A stretch of 64,000 bases of DNA, from NCBI GenBank assembly GCA_951406725.2, contig OX597814.1, positions 190,526,001 through 190,590,000 on the forward strand. Reading direction: 5' to 3'. Made by a program: the position numbers and the translations under genes. Below are positions 10,871 through 23,534 of the stretch, piece by piece; the first letter of the stretch is position 1, and each line of letters opens with the position of its first letter. The stretch is from Octopus vulgaris. Taxonomy: Eukaryota. The notes beneath the pieces are model-generated. The model did no database searches. It saw only the letters and a list, made by a program, of their open reading frames with translations, and had not been told where the DNA came from.

Positions 10871-13497
10871 GAATGGCTGATATCGATATATTGTTTTAGC
10901 TTATCGGTACCATATACCCAAGTCACCCTCCATAAAGCATTTCTAATCCCACCAAAGTCAACCCTACTTTTTACCTATTTGGAATTGACAAAATAGCACC
11001 AATCCTGAGAGATGTATTGGTGGAACTTTTACAGTGTTGGACACAATGCCTTGTGGTATTTTGATCAAGGTCTTAGCTTTATGACAGCTGTGATGACAAT
11101 AATGCCAAGCTGTATTGACTAGAGCTGGTGACTATTGCCACAAATAAACATGGATGTTGTGGAGTAGAAAAACTTCTACCTAGGGACAACTGTCAGATTT
11201 TCTTCAAAAGATCTTTTTTAAGTCTGCATAAACATGTGAAGATGCATGCTCAACTTAGATCAATGGAGCCCACCATCCCACACTTTGTTGTCAGTTTCAT
11301 TCAAAGATTTCCAAAATCCAAAAAGACATACTTTTTGAAGAAGAATTCCACCCAAAATATCATAAATACCTTCACTTCACACTACAGAAAGTTATTATAT
11401 GAATTCTAGTCCAGTAAAGCCTTTTGGCAGGTAAGTTGAAGATTAAAAAAAATAATAATATAAAAACATATTTATTCATTCATTCATCTTTTACTTGTTT
11501 TAATCCTTGAACTGTGGCCATTGTTTGAAGGGTTTTAGTTGAACAAATCATCCCCAGGACCTTCTTTTTTTAAGTTTGATACTTATTTAACCAGACCTTT
11601 TTGCTAAACTGTCAAGTTACTGAGACATAACATAAATACAAAGACACACACATATATACATTATTTAGGTGTGTTTCCCAACCACATGGTTCCAGGTTCA
11701 GTCCCACTGTGTGGCACCTTGCGCAAGTGTCTCCTAATATAGCCTCAGGCCAACTAAAGCCTTGTGAGTGGATTTGGTAGACAGAAGCTGAAAGAAGGCC
11801 ATCATATGTATGCATGCATGTATGTATGTATGTATGTGTATTATGTATGTATGTATGTATGTATGTGTGTACGTGTGTGTGTATGTGTGTGTGTATGTAT
11901 GTATGTGCTTATGTATGTATGTATGTATGTGCGTATGTATGTGTCTCTGTTTGTCCCCTAATTACTGCTTGACAACTGTTGTTGGTGTGTTTACATCCCC
12001 GTAACTTATCAGTTTGGCAAAAGAGACTAATAGAATAAGTACTAGGCACTAGGCTTAAAAAAAATAAGTCTTGGGTTTGATTTGTTCAGGTAAAACACTT
12101 CAAGGTGGTGCTCCAGCATGGCTGCAGTCAAATGACTGAAACAAGTAAAAGAATAAAAGAATATATTATATATGTGTGTGTGTGCATGTGTACACATACA
12201 CACACATACACAGATTCTTTCAGCTTCTGTCAATCAAATTCACTCAGATGGCTTTGGCTGCCCCAAAAAGACACATGCCCAAGGTGCCACACAGTTGGAT
12301 TGAACCCAAAACCACATGGTTGAGAAGTAAGCTTCTCAGCTACACAACCATGCCTGTACCTTTCTTATTTATTTATTTATCTATTTAATTACTTATGTAT
12401 TTATCAGTCTCCAGAATTAAATGATATGAAACAGAGTTAAGTATGGCTGGAGGTCATTCTTAACATTAACCACTTTCTCATTAACAGTTATTGACTTTTG
12501 GAGCGAGGTATATTAAGAGTCAGTCACCTTTTATAGTTAGAACATAAGGTGGCTGATATATAAAAACGCTAGAAAGGCAAAATATATGATTATATAATAT
12601 GTATCATATATAAATGCAGACAAGGCTGGCTGCTTGGTTAAAAAGTCAACTTTGTAACCGACCATATGGCTTCAGATTAGATCTTCATAGCATGGTACCT
12701 TCAGCAGGTATCTTCTACAAAGGCAGTGAGCTGGCTGAATTGTTAGCACACCGGGTGAAATGCTTAGTGGTATTTTGTCTGCCGCTACGTTCTGAGTTCA
12801 AATTCTGCCAAGGTCGACTTTGCCTTTCATCCTTTCGGGATCGATTAAATAAGTACCAGTTACGCACTGGGGTCGATGTAATCGACTTAATACCTATGTC
12901 TGTCCTTGTTTGTCCCCTCTGTGTTTAGCCCCTTGTGGGTAGTAAAGAAACAGGTATTTCGCCTGCCGCTACGTTCTGAATTCAAATTCCGCCGAGGTCA
13001 ACTTTGCCTTTCATCCTTTTGGGGTCGGTTAAATAAGTACCAGTTACGCACTGGGGTCGATATAATCGACTTAATCCGTTTATCTGTCCTTGTTTGTCCT
13101 CTCTGTGTTTAGCCCCTTGTGGGTAGTAAAGAAATAGGTATCTTCTACAATTGATCTGTAAGTGAATTCGATACATGGAAGCTGTGCAGGAGTCTATCGT
13201 GTGTGTGTGTGTGTGTGTAGCTTTTATCGTTTAATTGTTTTGGTCATTAGACTGTGGCCATGCTGGGGCACAACCTTGGGGGATTTTAGTCGAACAAATC
13301 GACCATTGTACTGGTTTTTGTTTTCCAAGCTTGGTACTTATTTTATTGGTCTCTTTTTGTCAAACCGCTAAGTTACCGGGCATAAATACACCAACACTGA
13401 TTGTCCAGCAATGGTGGTAGTGGTGGTGGTGGGGGAGACAAACATGGACAGCAAGACACACACATACTACATATTAAAAAAAAAAATGGACATATCA

Positions 13498-13878
13498 TAG
13501 GCGCAGGAGTGGCTGTGTGGTAACTACATGGTTCCGGGTTCATTCCTACTGCGTGGCACCTTGGGCAAGTGTCTTCTACTATAGCCTCGGGCCGACCAAA
13601 GCCTTGTGAGTGGATTTGGTAGACGGAAACTGAAAGAAGCCCGTCGTATATATGTATATATATATGTATGTGTGTATATGCTTGTGTGTTTGTGTTTGTC
13701 CCCCAACATCGCTTGACAACCGATGCTGGTGTGTTTACGTCCCCATAACTTAGCGGTTCGGCAAAAGTGACCGATAGAATAAGTACTAGGCTTACAAAGA
13801 ATAAGTCCTGGGGTCGATTTGCTCGACTAAAGGCAGTGCTCCAGCATGATCACAGTCAAATGACTGAAACAAATAAAA
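13498..13878 (+). mobile_element. Family A SINE, near full length
   Basis: Head to tail present, small internal deletion in the head, A-rich end. Confidence 0.9.
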
Positions 13879-13944
13879 AAAAAAAAAATATCAAACAATA
13901 TGGTCTGAGATGGTCATGACTGGAATGTAATTTTGATCACTGAG

Positions 13945-14200
13945 AGTTGCTGAAGTATGGAACAAACTGCCAGCATCAGTTGTTAGTTGCCGGAGCACTG
14001 CATCCTTCAAAACTTCCATGCTTCCTGAAAGTCACCAACACTACACCTGATTTCCTCCCCTCCATACACACACAAGCATGTATCTGACTCATACACTGTT
14101 CACTTCCCAGACATTTGTACATTACTGCATATGCTTTATATGCACTTTCTGACAAGTTGTGGTGCACCTGAGCACTGTATACAATAATTTCATTATTATT
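13945..14200 (+). mobile_element. CR1-like LINE 3' end
   Basis: Near-identical to 47210-47475; (ATT)n tail. Confidence 0.8.
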
Positions 14201-14262
14201 AATATTTTAGATCAGAACAGACATGGACAGCAACAACAAAATGAGAATAAATTAAAACTCAC

Positions 14263-14534
14263 CACAGCAGAACATGAACTCCCACTGTAACCCGGAAGAC
14301 AAGCGCATGTGAAATTAGCTTTCTTTTCATCTTGACTGAGCTGATGCGAACAATTTCCGTTACTATGGCAAGGATTTTTTGAACATGGATTTTCTAGTTG
14401 ACAATTATTCCCTACATATCCAGCTGGACAGGTACAATTATAGCTCCCCACTAAGTTTTTACATTGGCCACCATTTTTGCAAGGATTCTTTTGGCATTCA
14501 TTTATATCTTGATCACAGTGACGACCCTCGAAAC
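14263..14534 (-). CDS. crb: Crumbs exon: two EGF-like repeats (first Ca-binding type, DINEC)
   Basis: ctacag|GT TTC...GCT GTG|gtgagt; 272 nt, phase 1 to 0; (G)[24 protein letters not shown]...[15 protein letters not shown]. Confidence 0.94.
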
Positions 14535-14707
14535 CTGTAGTCAATAAAGAAAGCAGTTAGAAATATTAACACACCCAGGTATATATACATACTTTTATAT
14601 ACAATAATTTAATCGGGGTATTGGGGTGTATGTAACCATAGTGTCTAACAATATATTAAGTTCATTCACAGACACTGGCTATTAAAAACATACACACACA
14701 TACACTT

Positions 14708-15140
14708 GGGATCTTTTCGGTTTGAATGGTAGTTTTTTCTAGTGGTGTCATATGAAATTGTCACCCATAATTATGACCCTAGTATCGATCTATTGCATTT
14801 CAACCTGTTTTAGGGTTAGGGTTAATTAGGGTTAAGTTTAGGGGTGGGGGGAAGGGCATCTTTTTTCTTCACAAATGTAAATAAACCCAATCTGTTTCTT
14901 AAATGAGGGACATATTCATACGACACAGAATGATCTTTACCCCAACAGATGTAATTGATTGGTTGAAATTGCAGAAATTGAAGAAAAAAACAACAAATAT
15001 GTTACAAACTATAGAATTTTCTCAATAAAGCCAAGAGAAAAAGATGTTTTATAAACACATTCTACCAGTATACGAAGTCTAAAATTTTTTAGTCACCTAG
15101 AAATTATGTTAAAAACTGCTGTTCAAACCGAAAAGATCCC
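14708..15140. mobile_element. MITE with 19-bp perfect TIRs, 6-bp TSD and internal TTAGGG repeats
   Basis: ACACTT|gggatcttttcggtttgaa...ttcaaaccgaaaagatccc|ACACTT; ttagggttagggttaattagggttaag at about 14810-14845. Confidence 0.88.
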
Positions 15141-16367
15141 ACACTTGTACAGCTGTTGGTAGAATAGCATCTGAGTGAGCAACCCTATCTGACTATGGAA
15201 ACAATAAACCAAAGATACTCACTCTGTAACATTGAAAACATTTTTGATTGTAGATTATTATAATCATTTGATCAGAACTTCTATAAAGTATAACAAAAAA
15301 TAATATCGGTAGTCAAGGGCTACCAAACTGTGTGGTAGGTAGTCAAGGACTACCAAAACTGTCCAATCAGGATAAAGACTGACAAGTGGGAGAGCTGGTA
15401 TAGAGTTTTGTAGGTAACTGTACATTAAAGACAGATTTGTCAGTGGGATTTGTGTCAGGTGGGATAGCCTAACCCTTCAGTATTCAGGTGACTGTCAAAT
15501 GTAACCCTTATTTATTCAAATTGTTTTCAATTAATGCATTATCTCGCAGCCTTGAGATTTTATTGATGTGATTGCTTATTGCTACAATGACATTGTTAGG
15601 ATGGTGTGTGGGTGTTTTAATCTGGCCAGTTTAAACATAAAACAGGTAGAAAATTTGGGGCCAAATATGGCCAGATTGATATCATATTTGAAAGCATAAA
15701 AGATGCACAGGCATATTAAGTGCACCTCAATTTCAGCAATGCTTATTTAGGAAAAAAAACAACAGTTTTTACTACATTAAATCATGTAATCTAGGTCCAA
15801 CTTTTTGTCCAAGGGCAATTTTTTGAGACATCTTTTTAGGGGAAAAACATACATCTTATGTACCATAAAACATGGTATTTGTATCTTAATTGTATGCCTA
15901 GTAGCACTGATACTTACATTTGTAAATATTTATATACACAAACACTTCATTTATAAGTGTTAATAAGACTGATGTGTATGTAATAACCACCATCATTGAA
16001 CTATCTTCGTTATAAAGAATTTACAAGTTACAATTGAAGATTTTTTCAGACAAAATAATGACATAGTGGACTTATGTTGCATGCTTTCAGAAGCAGATGC
16101 CATAAATCTCTGTGGGAGTACACTGTAATAATGTACATTATTCAGTCACTACTCATTGCTGAACAACCACTTAGGGGACCAAATGCAGATGACATACATC
16201 AACCTACAATTCAGGACTTGCATTTAGAAAAGATTCTGCTTTTATTTAGTCATCTTTTTATTTCTTTGGCATTTGAGTGAAAGAAAATAACAAACTCTGT
16301 AGATTCATTAGTGAGATGAATAACTTACAAGTTGCCTACATCTTCTCACAGAAAAACAGAAATACTA

Positions 16368-16927
16368 TTGGGTTGTCCGGAAAGTTTGTGCCGATTTATA
16401 GTAGCTTACCTTTCGACTTATTTTAGAACATGGTTGAGTCCATAAAATAGGATTTGACTCCATTTAGAGCAGAGTTTAAGCTATATTTTCGTTGAAGAAG
16501 GTTTATGTTCCTATAACCTGTGTTAATTCTGTAACCCTTTAAAATGGAAGATATGAAAGTTCATTTTCGGCACATGATGCTTTGGGAACCAGACAAAAAT
16601 TGCTGCAGCTCGGCTGGGATGTGTTACCCAACCCTCCATATTCACCAGATATTGCTCCTTCGGATTTCCACTTATTCAGGTCTCTGCAGAATAGTCTTAA
16701 TGATAAAAATTTCAATTCCTTGGATGACATAAAAAGATACCTTGATGAATTCTTTGCCATGAAACCACCTCAATTCTGGGAAAAGGGAATTTTCAAGTTA
16801 AAGGAAGGATGGAGAGGCATTGTGCAACAAAATGGTTCATATTTGGTTGATTAAAAATGTAATGGCAAGTATTTATTGACCTTCATATTTCCTTTAAAAA
16901 TCGGCACAAACTTTCCGGACAACCCAA
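16368..16927 (+). mobile_element. Internally deleted mariner transposon
   Basis: TA|ttgggttgtccggaaagtttgtgccgattt...aaatcggcacaaactttccggacaacccaa|TA; transposase N-terminus MEDMKVHFRHMML and C-terminus with YSPDIAPSDFHLF. Confidence 0.95.
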
Positions 16928-17049
16928 TAAATAGATGGTCACAATTAGAATGTTTTCGATCATAAATTTACTCAATCAGGCCAAACACAAAATAGCTTTA
17001 GGTTCAGTTTTCATTTAGAATTAGTAAAATGTAACTAGAGAATACTCAC

Positions 17050-17154
17050 CATCTGCACACTGACACGTATAACTTTGTGCTGTACAATTTTGAATACATG
17101 TACCATTTTGACATGGTTCAGAAATGCATGGTCCTTTACACTGGCAAAATACTC
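17050..17154 (-). CDS. crb: Crumbs exon: one EGF-like repeat (not in ORF track)
   Basis: ctgaag|GA GTA TTT TGC...GCA GAT G|gtgagt; 105 nt, phase 1 to 1; (G)VFCQCKGPCISEPCQNGTCIQNCTAQSYTCQCAD. Confidence 0.9.
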
Positions 17155-19012
17155 CTTCAGTCAAAAACAATAAAACAAAAAATAACATGAGAGGTTATAC
17201 AATTAAATAATTTCATCATTCCTATTACTAAATTATATTCAAAGTACTGATATAAAAACTGTACTTTTAACATATTCAAATCCCTTCTTTCCATTTCTGA
17301 CATGAAGCTCTTAAAAAAATCACTATTTCACCAAAAAACCAGCGTCGGAATTCACTTCTGCTGCATTTCTAGCAAAGGACTACGATTTTGGATTTTAAAA
17401 TAAGTTTAAAATTATTCCAGAATAGTCATGAATATATTATGAATAAAGAGTTTTCTAGAAAGTCATTTGTGCTAATATTTTCTGTATCAAATAATTTGCT
17501 ATAGCAAACAGTGTTATAGTGTTGGCACCTTGCTGGTGTGTATGACAAACAAATTCTTATCTTTTCTGAATAAGTAAACTGAGATAATTCTCTCCGAACC
17601 TTCCTTCTTAATTGCATTTGATGGAAACAACAGGATTTCTTTTGTTTGAATATGAAGATATTTGTGAAGTGAGACATCCAATGTTAACCATCTCAATGAA
17701 ACATTAAAAAATGGATTTATATCAATGGCTATCTTCCTAACATTATGAGACCCAATTTACAGGTAAACAGATTGATAATATACACAACCAACAACGTAAT
17801 TTTACAACTACATTTTTTGTATTTATAACTCTATAGGCTTAAAAACATATCTTCAGGTGAATTTTAGTATTGGCTCTTAAACTGGTTGTAGTTTTTATAC
17901 ACCTTGGTTCAGTCTTTTATCTTCAAGGGACAGATTTGGTTAATAGTTTAGAGAACTAGTAAAAAGATATAAATGGTAAAAGATATAAAGATCCCCTTTG
18001 GTCACAAATTATCATGAAAGTCTCTATCCAAGGAATAAGTCTGGACAAAGTTGCTTGTAGAAGACCAGCAGTCATCCATGCATGCCAATCTCCCCCTCTC
18101 AAATGCCATCAATATTGTCCAAGGAAAGGCAAAGCGCAAAGGCAGATACAACTAATTTCTACAGCTGAGTGAACTGGAGCAACGTGAAATAAAGTGTCTT
18201 ACTCAAGAACACAACACATGTATCCTGGTCCAGGAATCAAACTCACAACCTCATGATTGTAAAGCTGGATGCTTACACATGACTTCACAAGAACAAGCTA
18301 TAATTGTACGCAGAATGAAATGAAGTCAACCAAAAGCCATTCTAGTATATTTCTTTCTTTAATTAACAAATGAAGACAAGACCTTTAGTGGTGTCCTAGC
18401 AATGCAATTGAATACAGAATATTATTTGCTTTGCACAAACACATTAGTGAGTTTATATTTTGTTGATATCATAAAAATTTTATCTTTTTACAAGCAATAA
18501 AAGTGCCAAAGTGATCAGATATTTAACCAGCCAGGAAAACCTCACTGTAAGGCCGAAAGCTACCACTAGGGAAAAACCATACTATAATGAGTTCAAGCTG
18601 ATATTCAAAGGTCATGTATTATAATAATTGAGAGTTGAATGACAACAATTTAGTTGGCATTAAGAAGATTGTATCTCAGTGACGGGAAGGCATCCAACTG
18701 TAAAACGCTATCTCAGAAAAATCATGGAAGAGTGGATGTAAAGTGTTAAGAAGATCTACTTCTAACACATCATCACAGTTAAGGTAGCTACAGATCTGGC
18801 TGACTTGCTAGTAGTTTTATCTATAGTAATTTCTGAATAATTACTCAAGCGTTGCATTAATTAGTAGAAAGGCTGAACTACCTGGCATTATTTAGTATAA
18901 AAAAATTAAAATACTGTCCACCCTCTGAGCGAAATATTTTATAGGTTTGTCAGTTAGCACCAATTGTACAAAATTAGTTTCTTGAATTTATTTCCGACAT
19001 ACACACACACGT

Positions 19013-19255
19013 TTGTAGTGTGGAAGGTGTTTATAAGCCATTTAAGAAACACACAAAAACCGTTAGATTCACTTCAACATTTAAATTTAATTTGTCAAAA
19101 TATTTTCGTCGCTTTGAGACCGCGACCTGTTCACTGACAAAGCTTCGTGCTGCATCTGACGAAAATATTTTGACAAATTAAATTTAAATGTTGAAGTGAA
19201 TCAAACGGTTTTTGTGTGTTTCTTAAATGGCTTATAAACACCTTCCACGCTGCAA
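19013..19255. repeat. 98-bp-arm inverted repeat (Penelope-like inverted terminal structure)
   Basis: Arms 19013-19110 and 19158-19255, 3 mismatches, 47-nt spacer. Confidence 0.93.
19091..19141 (-). ncRNA. Variant minimal type-I hammerhead ribozyme (G3-C8)
   Basis: TTTGTCA-GTGAACA-G-GTCGC ggtctcaaa GCGAC-GAAA-ATAT-TT-TGACAAA: 7-bp stem I, 5-bp stem II, palindromic stem III. Confidence 0.65.
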
Positions 19256-19979
19256 TTGTTTTCGTTCCAGCACACGATCTCAGATCAGGTCACTTGCTAT
19301 GCAAGTACATCTCCGTAACACACATGTTTGTTGGAGGTAAATTAGGTAATTAGGTCCACCTGATACCTCACATCCATACATGATTGTAGATACCCACTTA
19401 AATACCAGTGAAACTATGATACAAATTTCGTTATATATTTAATATATTTAATGTCTAAACACACATAAACTTTATACACTTTCTTGTAATCATGTATTGA
19501 TCAACTGTAACGTTTGCACACATAAGCCACAACACATATACATATATTTATTGCATACTGTAACAGTAGCTCATAAAATCACAGTTACCACTTATTAAAA
19601 AAACATGAAGACAGGAAAATTCAGCCTACACATAGCAGTGTTCCACCAGAATAAACATCGAATGAAGTGATAAAGGTGATATATTGTTTTTAATGTTAAA
19701 CTGCGAAATCTTTAAATCTACAACTGTAGAGAGCAGAAGGACAGGATTGGTGAAGTAGAAAGGAACTCTTGGGAGGTGTTTACTAAGATAATACAAGAAA
19801 TAATCACAAATAGCAGGTGGACAGATGTTGGAAGCCATATTCAGAGGGTTATAGTGCAACGGAGGGTAAAAAGTGCTGATATACACAGCTTGACTTGGAG
19901 CATTTTCTGTGAGTCTGATAGTAAGTTGACAATATTTAAGGAGGTGCTACACTAGATGGGCAGCAAGATTGAAGTCTAC

Positions 19980-20216
19980 CTTCAAAATACTTGGGGCAGA
20001 GGCAGAACCAGGCATCATCTGTGACAATGCATTCGCTGCCATAGTGACAGTGAATGTTATGACAACTTGGAATGTCACAGTTTTTACCCTCGTAGCCCAG
20101 CTCAGGAATGCAATCACAAAAGTAACTGCCAACGATATTGTCACATGTCGAGTTATGTCGACATGGATTCTTTTCCGCATCATGACATTCATCTATGTCT
20201 TCTGAACAAAGATAAC
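19980..20216 (-). CDS. crb: Crumbs exon: two EGF-like repeats
   Basis: ccccag|GT TAT...TTT GAA G|gtagac; 237 nt, phase 1 to 1; YLCSEDIDECHDAEKNPCRHNSTC...CLCPKYFE. Confidence 0.93.
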
Positions 20217-21331
20217 CTGGGGAAAAAATAGAAATCAAACAAAACATTGCTACAGCAACACTTTCAGCTCAATCAAAAAAACGAAAACAGTTAACAGGCA
20301 GGTGCAGGAGGGGCTGTGTTTTGGATTTACTCCAACTATGTAGCATCTTGGGCAAGAATCTTTTACTACATTTCAGTACATATTTGGCTTGTTTTGGTTT
20401 GTAAAGCTGGATGCCTCTTCCATCACCAACCATCACACAGAGTATACTGGGTAGAATTAGAGAAGTTGGCATGCTCTACACAGGACAAGGCTAAAGGGTC
20501 CTCTCGACCTCAGGTTTTCTCTATTCATTTGCCAACCACTTTACTGTGTATTGGGCAAATTTTGTTGAGGCAGAAACACCATATACATACATATATATAC
20601 ACTTACACATGTGGTAGGGCTGAAAAGCTCCTAGCTTTGGATAAAAGAAAATACAGGAGGATCAGTTAATTGTGATTTTATTCCCTTTTTCAGATTCACA
20701 CACTTATTGCAGCAGTCCTTCAGTTTTTCTGAGCCCTGTAAAAAAAACTTGGAAGGTTGGGCCTCCAATCAGGCTTTTCACAATACTCTTAAGGCCAGGA
20801 ACTTTTCAGCAACCTCTCGTGTGTGTGTGTGTATGTGTGCACACACACACACACATGACCAGTGAAGAGTGGAGTTGTTGGAATCACATTTGTTCCATGG
20901 TTTCCATCTGTCTCAGCAACATACGCATGGCAAATCATATAAGTTGGTAAATATGGAAGAGAGCAATCATTATGTAATATTGGTTTCAAATTTTGGCACA
21001 AGGCCAGCAAGTTCAGGGGAAGAGGATAAGTCAATAATACCAACCCTAGTGTTCAGCTGGTACTTATTTTATTGACACTGGAAAGATGGAAAGCAAAGTT
21101 GAACTTGGTGGAATTTGAACTCACAATGGAAAGACAGACAAAATCCCACTAAGTTTTTTTGTCTGGCATGCTAATGATTCTGTCAGCTTGCCACCTTGAA
21201 ATAAAACAATTGTAAAACATCTCAAGCAAGAATTTTTTGTCTCCAGCAAGAATTTTTTCTCTCAAATATATTTGAACTGCATCTAATTTTGCTTACTTTC
21301 AGTCACTGCTCTGCACATCTACTCATGAATA

Positions 21332-21798
21332 TGTAACAAGATGAGAGTTCAGGAACACTGGAGGGGTGTCTGATCTGATCCTGTCACATACAATTTAAGT
21401 TGAATAAATGGAGACAAAGTCAGGCGGTCTTCGATAACAGTAAGTGGTGGTTTATTCTGCGGTTACAGGTATGAACGAGTGCACATGTATCTCTAGTAGG
21501 GAAACCGGCAGCCGAATCCGCAGGACTGGTTGCAAGGTTTTCTCATGCGAGTCAAGATGGTTCATGGTTCGCTCCCGCTTCGTTGGGGTGAGGTTCTCTG
21601 AGTGTAGGGTTGTTTCCTGAGAGAAAGTCAAGCCACGTCAGACCGCTAGCGCTGCTCATGCCAGAAAAGACCGATTCAGCGGTCAGGCTTTTAGGTTTCA
21701 GTTCCTGCACATGCGCATGAGGAAAACTCCTGGTGACCAACCGGAAATAATCCAATTCTGTGCATGTGCGCTGAAACTTACACAGTAGCGTCACTACA
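21332..21798 (-). mobile_element. Solo LTR (Gypsy-like)
   Basis: TGTAAC...CTACA ends, 4-bp TSD AATA on both sides, AATAAA on minus strand at 21451-21456, CpG-rich relative to flanks. Confidence 0.75.
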
Positions 21799-21908
21799 AA
21801 TATATATAGCGGCATCATGGTTGTCTGAAGTATCCAAACACAGAACTGTCACATTGAGAAAGTAGAGAAGAAGAGTATTGAAAAGAAAACTTTTGGCTCT
21901 AAACCTAC

Positions 21909-22040
21909 CTCCGAAGCCAGTACCATCACAATCACATACAAAAGACCCCGGCGTATTCGTGCAGACACCTTGATTTTGGCACCATTCTGTTCGGTTGCTG
22001 CACTCATTTATGTCTTCAGTACAGTTCTGACCATTCCAAC
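21909..22040 (-). CDS. crb: Crumbs exon: Ca-binding EGF repeat
   Basis: tgtcag|GT TGG...GGA G|gtaggt; 132 nt, phase 1 to 1; WNGQNCTEDINECSNRTEWCQNQGVCTNTPGSFVCDCDGTGFG. Confidence 0.93.
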
Positions 22041-22242
22041 CTGACAAAAGAAAAAGGATAAATTATTTGAATGTATAGGCGTAGGAGTGGCTGCGTGGTA
22101 AGTAGCTTGCTTACCAACCACATGGTTCCAGGTTCAGTCTCACAGAGTGGCACCTTGGGCAAGTTTCTTCTACTATAGCCTAGGGCCAACCAAAGCCTTG
22201 TGAGTGGATTTGGTAGACAGAAACTGAAAGAAGCCTGTCGTA

Positions 22243-22313
<71 letters not shown>

Positions 22314-22707
22314 CTGTCTCCTCCAACATCACTTGACAACCGATGCTGGGGGAAGGAGAGGTGGCTTTATGCCAGGTGTTGATGGAAGGTAGAGTTAGAG
22401 AATGATAGAGGGACAAGTGGTGGTGTAGTGCTATGGCTACCCCATATTATTGATGGGAAGTGACCAGAAAGATGATAAGGAGGGAAATCACTGGGTGCCA
22501 GAGCAAACCCTCAAAGGGCAAGAGCAGATATGGTAAGTGGATTAGGAGTGAGATGGATTAGGAGCTAGAGATGGGAGGGTAGAGGTGAATGTAATGAGTG
22601 CTGAGCAGGGGTGGAAGTATAGCTCGATGGTATAAATCAGAATGAAGGTAAAAGGTTGGAGAGAAGTGGCTCAGAAAAGTAAAATTTGACTGTGGAAAAC
22701 TACTTAC

Positions 22708-22821
22708 CACTAGCACATTGGCACACGTATGCGAATCCTTTCTCTTTACACGTTCCACCATTTTTACAAGGAGAACCCTTACAATAATCGATTTTCGTCT
22801 CACAATCAACGCCTTCATATC
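22708..22821 (-). CDS. crb: Crumbs exon: EGF repeat (ORF track shows another frame)
   Basis: tttcag|GA TAT...AGT G|gtaagt; 114 nt, phase 1 to 1; YEGVDCETKIDYCKGSPCKNGGTCKEKGFAYVCQCAS. Confidence 0.93.
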
Positions 22822-23534
22822 CTGAAAGAAAATTTTAAAAAAATGTAAAATCGATCAACATCATTGGAAATTGTAGCTGTGATACCATAAGAGAACCATC
22901 CGAACGTGGTTGATGCCAGCGCCGCCCCGACTGGCCTCCGTGCCAGTGGCACGTAAAAAGCACCATCCGATCGTGGCCGTTTGCCAGCCTCGTCTGGCAC
23001 CTGTGTAGGTGGCACGTAAAAAGCACCCACTACACTCATGGAGTGGTTGGCGTTAGGAAGGGCATCCAGCTGTAGAAACACTGCCAGATCAGACTGGGCC
23101 TGGCGCAGCCTTCTGGCTTCCCAGACCCCAGTTGAACCGTCCAACCCATGCTAGCATGGAAAACGGACGTTAAACGATGATGATGATGATGATAAATTAA
23201 ATTGACAGGTGACTGAGACCATTGGAGATATGTTGTGCTTGGGAAGACTTGCCAAGCCAAGTGTGACCATAGCTGTGGCTGCTGCTAGTGTCATGTAAAT
23301 GACAACCATGAAATCATAATCATGACCATTGCCAGTGTTATGTAAATGGCACTTGTGCCAGTGGAACATAAAAAGTGCCCATTACACTCTCAGAGTGATT
23401 GGCATTAGGAAGGGCATCCAGTTGTAGAAACCATGGCAAATCAGACTGGAACTTGGTGCAACCCTCCGGCTTACCAATTCCAGTCAAGCTGTCTAACCCA
23501 CGCCTGCATGGAAAGCCGACTCTAAATGATACTC

